Source: Macrostomum lignano
Taxonomy: Eukaryota
NCBI GenBank assembly: GCA_002269645.1
Contig: NIVC01000302.1
Location: 440,303-504,302 of the forward strand
Direction: 5' to 3'
Length of the DNA: 64,000 bases
Position numbers and translations under genes: made by a program. The notes beneath the pieces were generated by a model that was given only the letters and a program-made list of their open reading frames with translations, had not been told where the DNA came from and made no database searches. Below are positions 60,335-64,000 of the stretch, piece by piece (positions within the stretch are counted from its first letter, which is position 1; every line of letters begins with the position of its first letter).

Positions 60335-61227
60335 CTTTACACAAAAGTACAATTTTCAAGGTGAGCCGTGCCCCGTAAGCTCTCCAGACTCAATTGTGTC
60401 TCAGATTTCGTGTGAGCCGCACAAGCGAAGTGCCCATTATCATCAGCTCACGCGCCAGTTCAGAGCAGCATTTCAAGCACTCCAGACAGGCTTAGAAAGC
60501 CTTCCTGTGAGTCAATTTGGCTCTCAGCGCACTGTGCCTCGAGTAGAAAAGAACGATGAAGAAAAAGCAAGCTCTGATTGCGCACTTTATACGGTTAGTT
60601 ATTTTTCTCCCCATGCCAACCGTAATTAGATTGCCCCCCTAAGGCGAGCGGGGCCAGCAGATGGACAGGTTCGGTGCCAGCCACTCAGGACAGCTCACCG
60701 ACTGCCACTTACTACAATATAGTAAATATGAGCTAATGCTCAGCTTGACGGGTGGCAAATTAAGGGACAGAGAAAGACCAAGAGTGCCTTCCCGTGGAGA
60801 TGATAGTGCAGTACCTCAACTGAGAGCACAATGCAATCTCTTCTGCTCATTCCTTTCCTCTCTCATGCCTCTCCTTACCTGGTCTGCTTCTGCTTCCCCC
60901 GTCGGCGCCCCAAATTTCTATAGCAGCGCCAGAAGACATTCACTGTCGCCGTAACAGAGCAAAACTGTGCCAACTTTATGAAGGAATTTTCCTTATTGCT
61001 CACATGAAACTGCCTGAGTTCTGCAAAATCTTGTCTTCCTGCAAAAGCAGATTGGTCATAAGAAATTCCACTTGAAAAACCGGTTGGCTTAAAGGTTTCA
61101 AAACTCCAAGGTTTAAAATCACTTGGACTATCACCGGAAGTGACGTTGGTTGAAAATCACTTGGACAATCACCGGAAGTGACATTGGTTCAGGATCACCA
61201 GTACAATAACCAGAAATAGTACCGCAA

Positions 61228-62881
<1,654 letters not shown>

Positions 62882-64000
62882 GTGAGACAAAAAACCAAAG
62901 TGGCTGTTTGTTGATTTCATAGCCACAGTAATGAGAGAAAAACAATTTAACCGTCAAAGTCGTTGCTTTTATATAGAAAGCCAATATGTCGTTGTCGTTG
63001 ACTACAGATTGATTGTAGTCACCATTAGAGGGGCCAACTGGCAAATACGAACGTGTTTTAATATGGCGCGATTTCTTATAAGCACGCTGAACTGCCTACT
63101 TTTAATCAGTAGACGTTTCAGCTCATCAATGGTATTAGTTTTGCTAACTTGCTAAGACGCCAAGTAAACGCCGCGTTTCGCCCCCATACTTCCCATTTTG
63201 AGTCCCGGTGGCCGGATCGGGTGTGGGGTGGGGGTTCGGGACAAAGCCGCGGACTCGGAAGTAAAGCTCAGCGGAGCAGAAAGAAGTGTGGCGGATGAGT
63301 CAGAGCTTCTGCAGCTACTCACTCTCTTGAAGGGGGGCAGGGGCTGAAAGAGCTTTGAAAATGGAAAGCTTTGTCTTCCGGCGTTATTGAACGGAAGCGA
63401 GGAAATACATACAGAGAATGAAGAAAACTTCTTTTAAAGAAAAAATCAGATTATCTGCCCTACTAGAACCAACGGAAGGTGTTATGCCTACCGATAGCGG
63501 AAGCACTTTCATTTACCAAGGGGTGTAGCTGGGGGCATCCAAAATAAGGGTGGATTTGCAGCAGCTGTGGCGCCCCTTAATGCTGGGTGCTCCCACGATG
63601 GCGCCCCAAGATGGCGCCTCCCTCTGACTATTGCCCGCTGCATTTACCATCATAAAACGCGATATAGTAAACACAAATGATAAACGTATTTTGTTTATAA
63701 ATCACCAACAAAAATATCAACAAATATCTGAATACGCAAAACTGATCTGTCCAACCAGCATGCATTGGAGAGACCTTGAAATTCACGCTAGCAAAATTGA
63801 AAAAATAACCTAATGCCTGCATAATCGGCGATCCCAGGGGACCCTCTGATGGGGCGGAGGCTGGGACGGGAACTCAGACAGGCTTAACCGAGACGAATGC
63901 CTCCATGGAATTTCCTCGGCCAGCTTCCACCATCAACCTATACTGCTTCCTGCCTTCTCAGGTGAAAATTTCTAACACTCCTCAGGCGACCGGGTTCTGC

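Overview
Eukaryotic (metazoan) genomic DNA. GC-rich exons are separated by introns filled with minisatellites, a style consistent with a macrostomid flatworm such as Macrostomum (inference only). I assembled five protein-coding genes by hand using splice sites and phase checks. (1) A small secreted SUEL/rhamnose-binding lectin (+, 6074-8120). (2) EFCAB5 (-, 10 exons, about 1444 aa). (3) DZANK1 (+, 9 exons, about 807 aa, head-to-head with EFCAB5, one probable GC-AG intron). (4) An intronless WDR17 (-, 1346 aa). (5) A secreted CAP/SCP-domain gene (+, 3'-incomplete). Mobile DNA includes a decayed RNase H-bearing LINE, a CORE-type tRNA SINE, hAT-like MITEs, a PHD-finger relic, and a 5'-truncated Penelope-like element (PLE; RT plus GIY-YIG) with a minimal hammerhead ribozyme in its 3' UTR. 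The most striking structure is at 35969-49700: the PLE sits exactly between two near-identical direct repeats of about 6.5 kb and 5.2 kb. Each repeat carries a tRNA-like head, a MITE and a kilobase-scale G-rich satellite. All calls were made by eye and from recalled family motifs; no searches were run.
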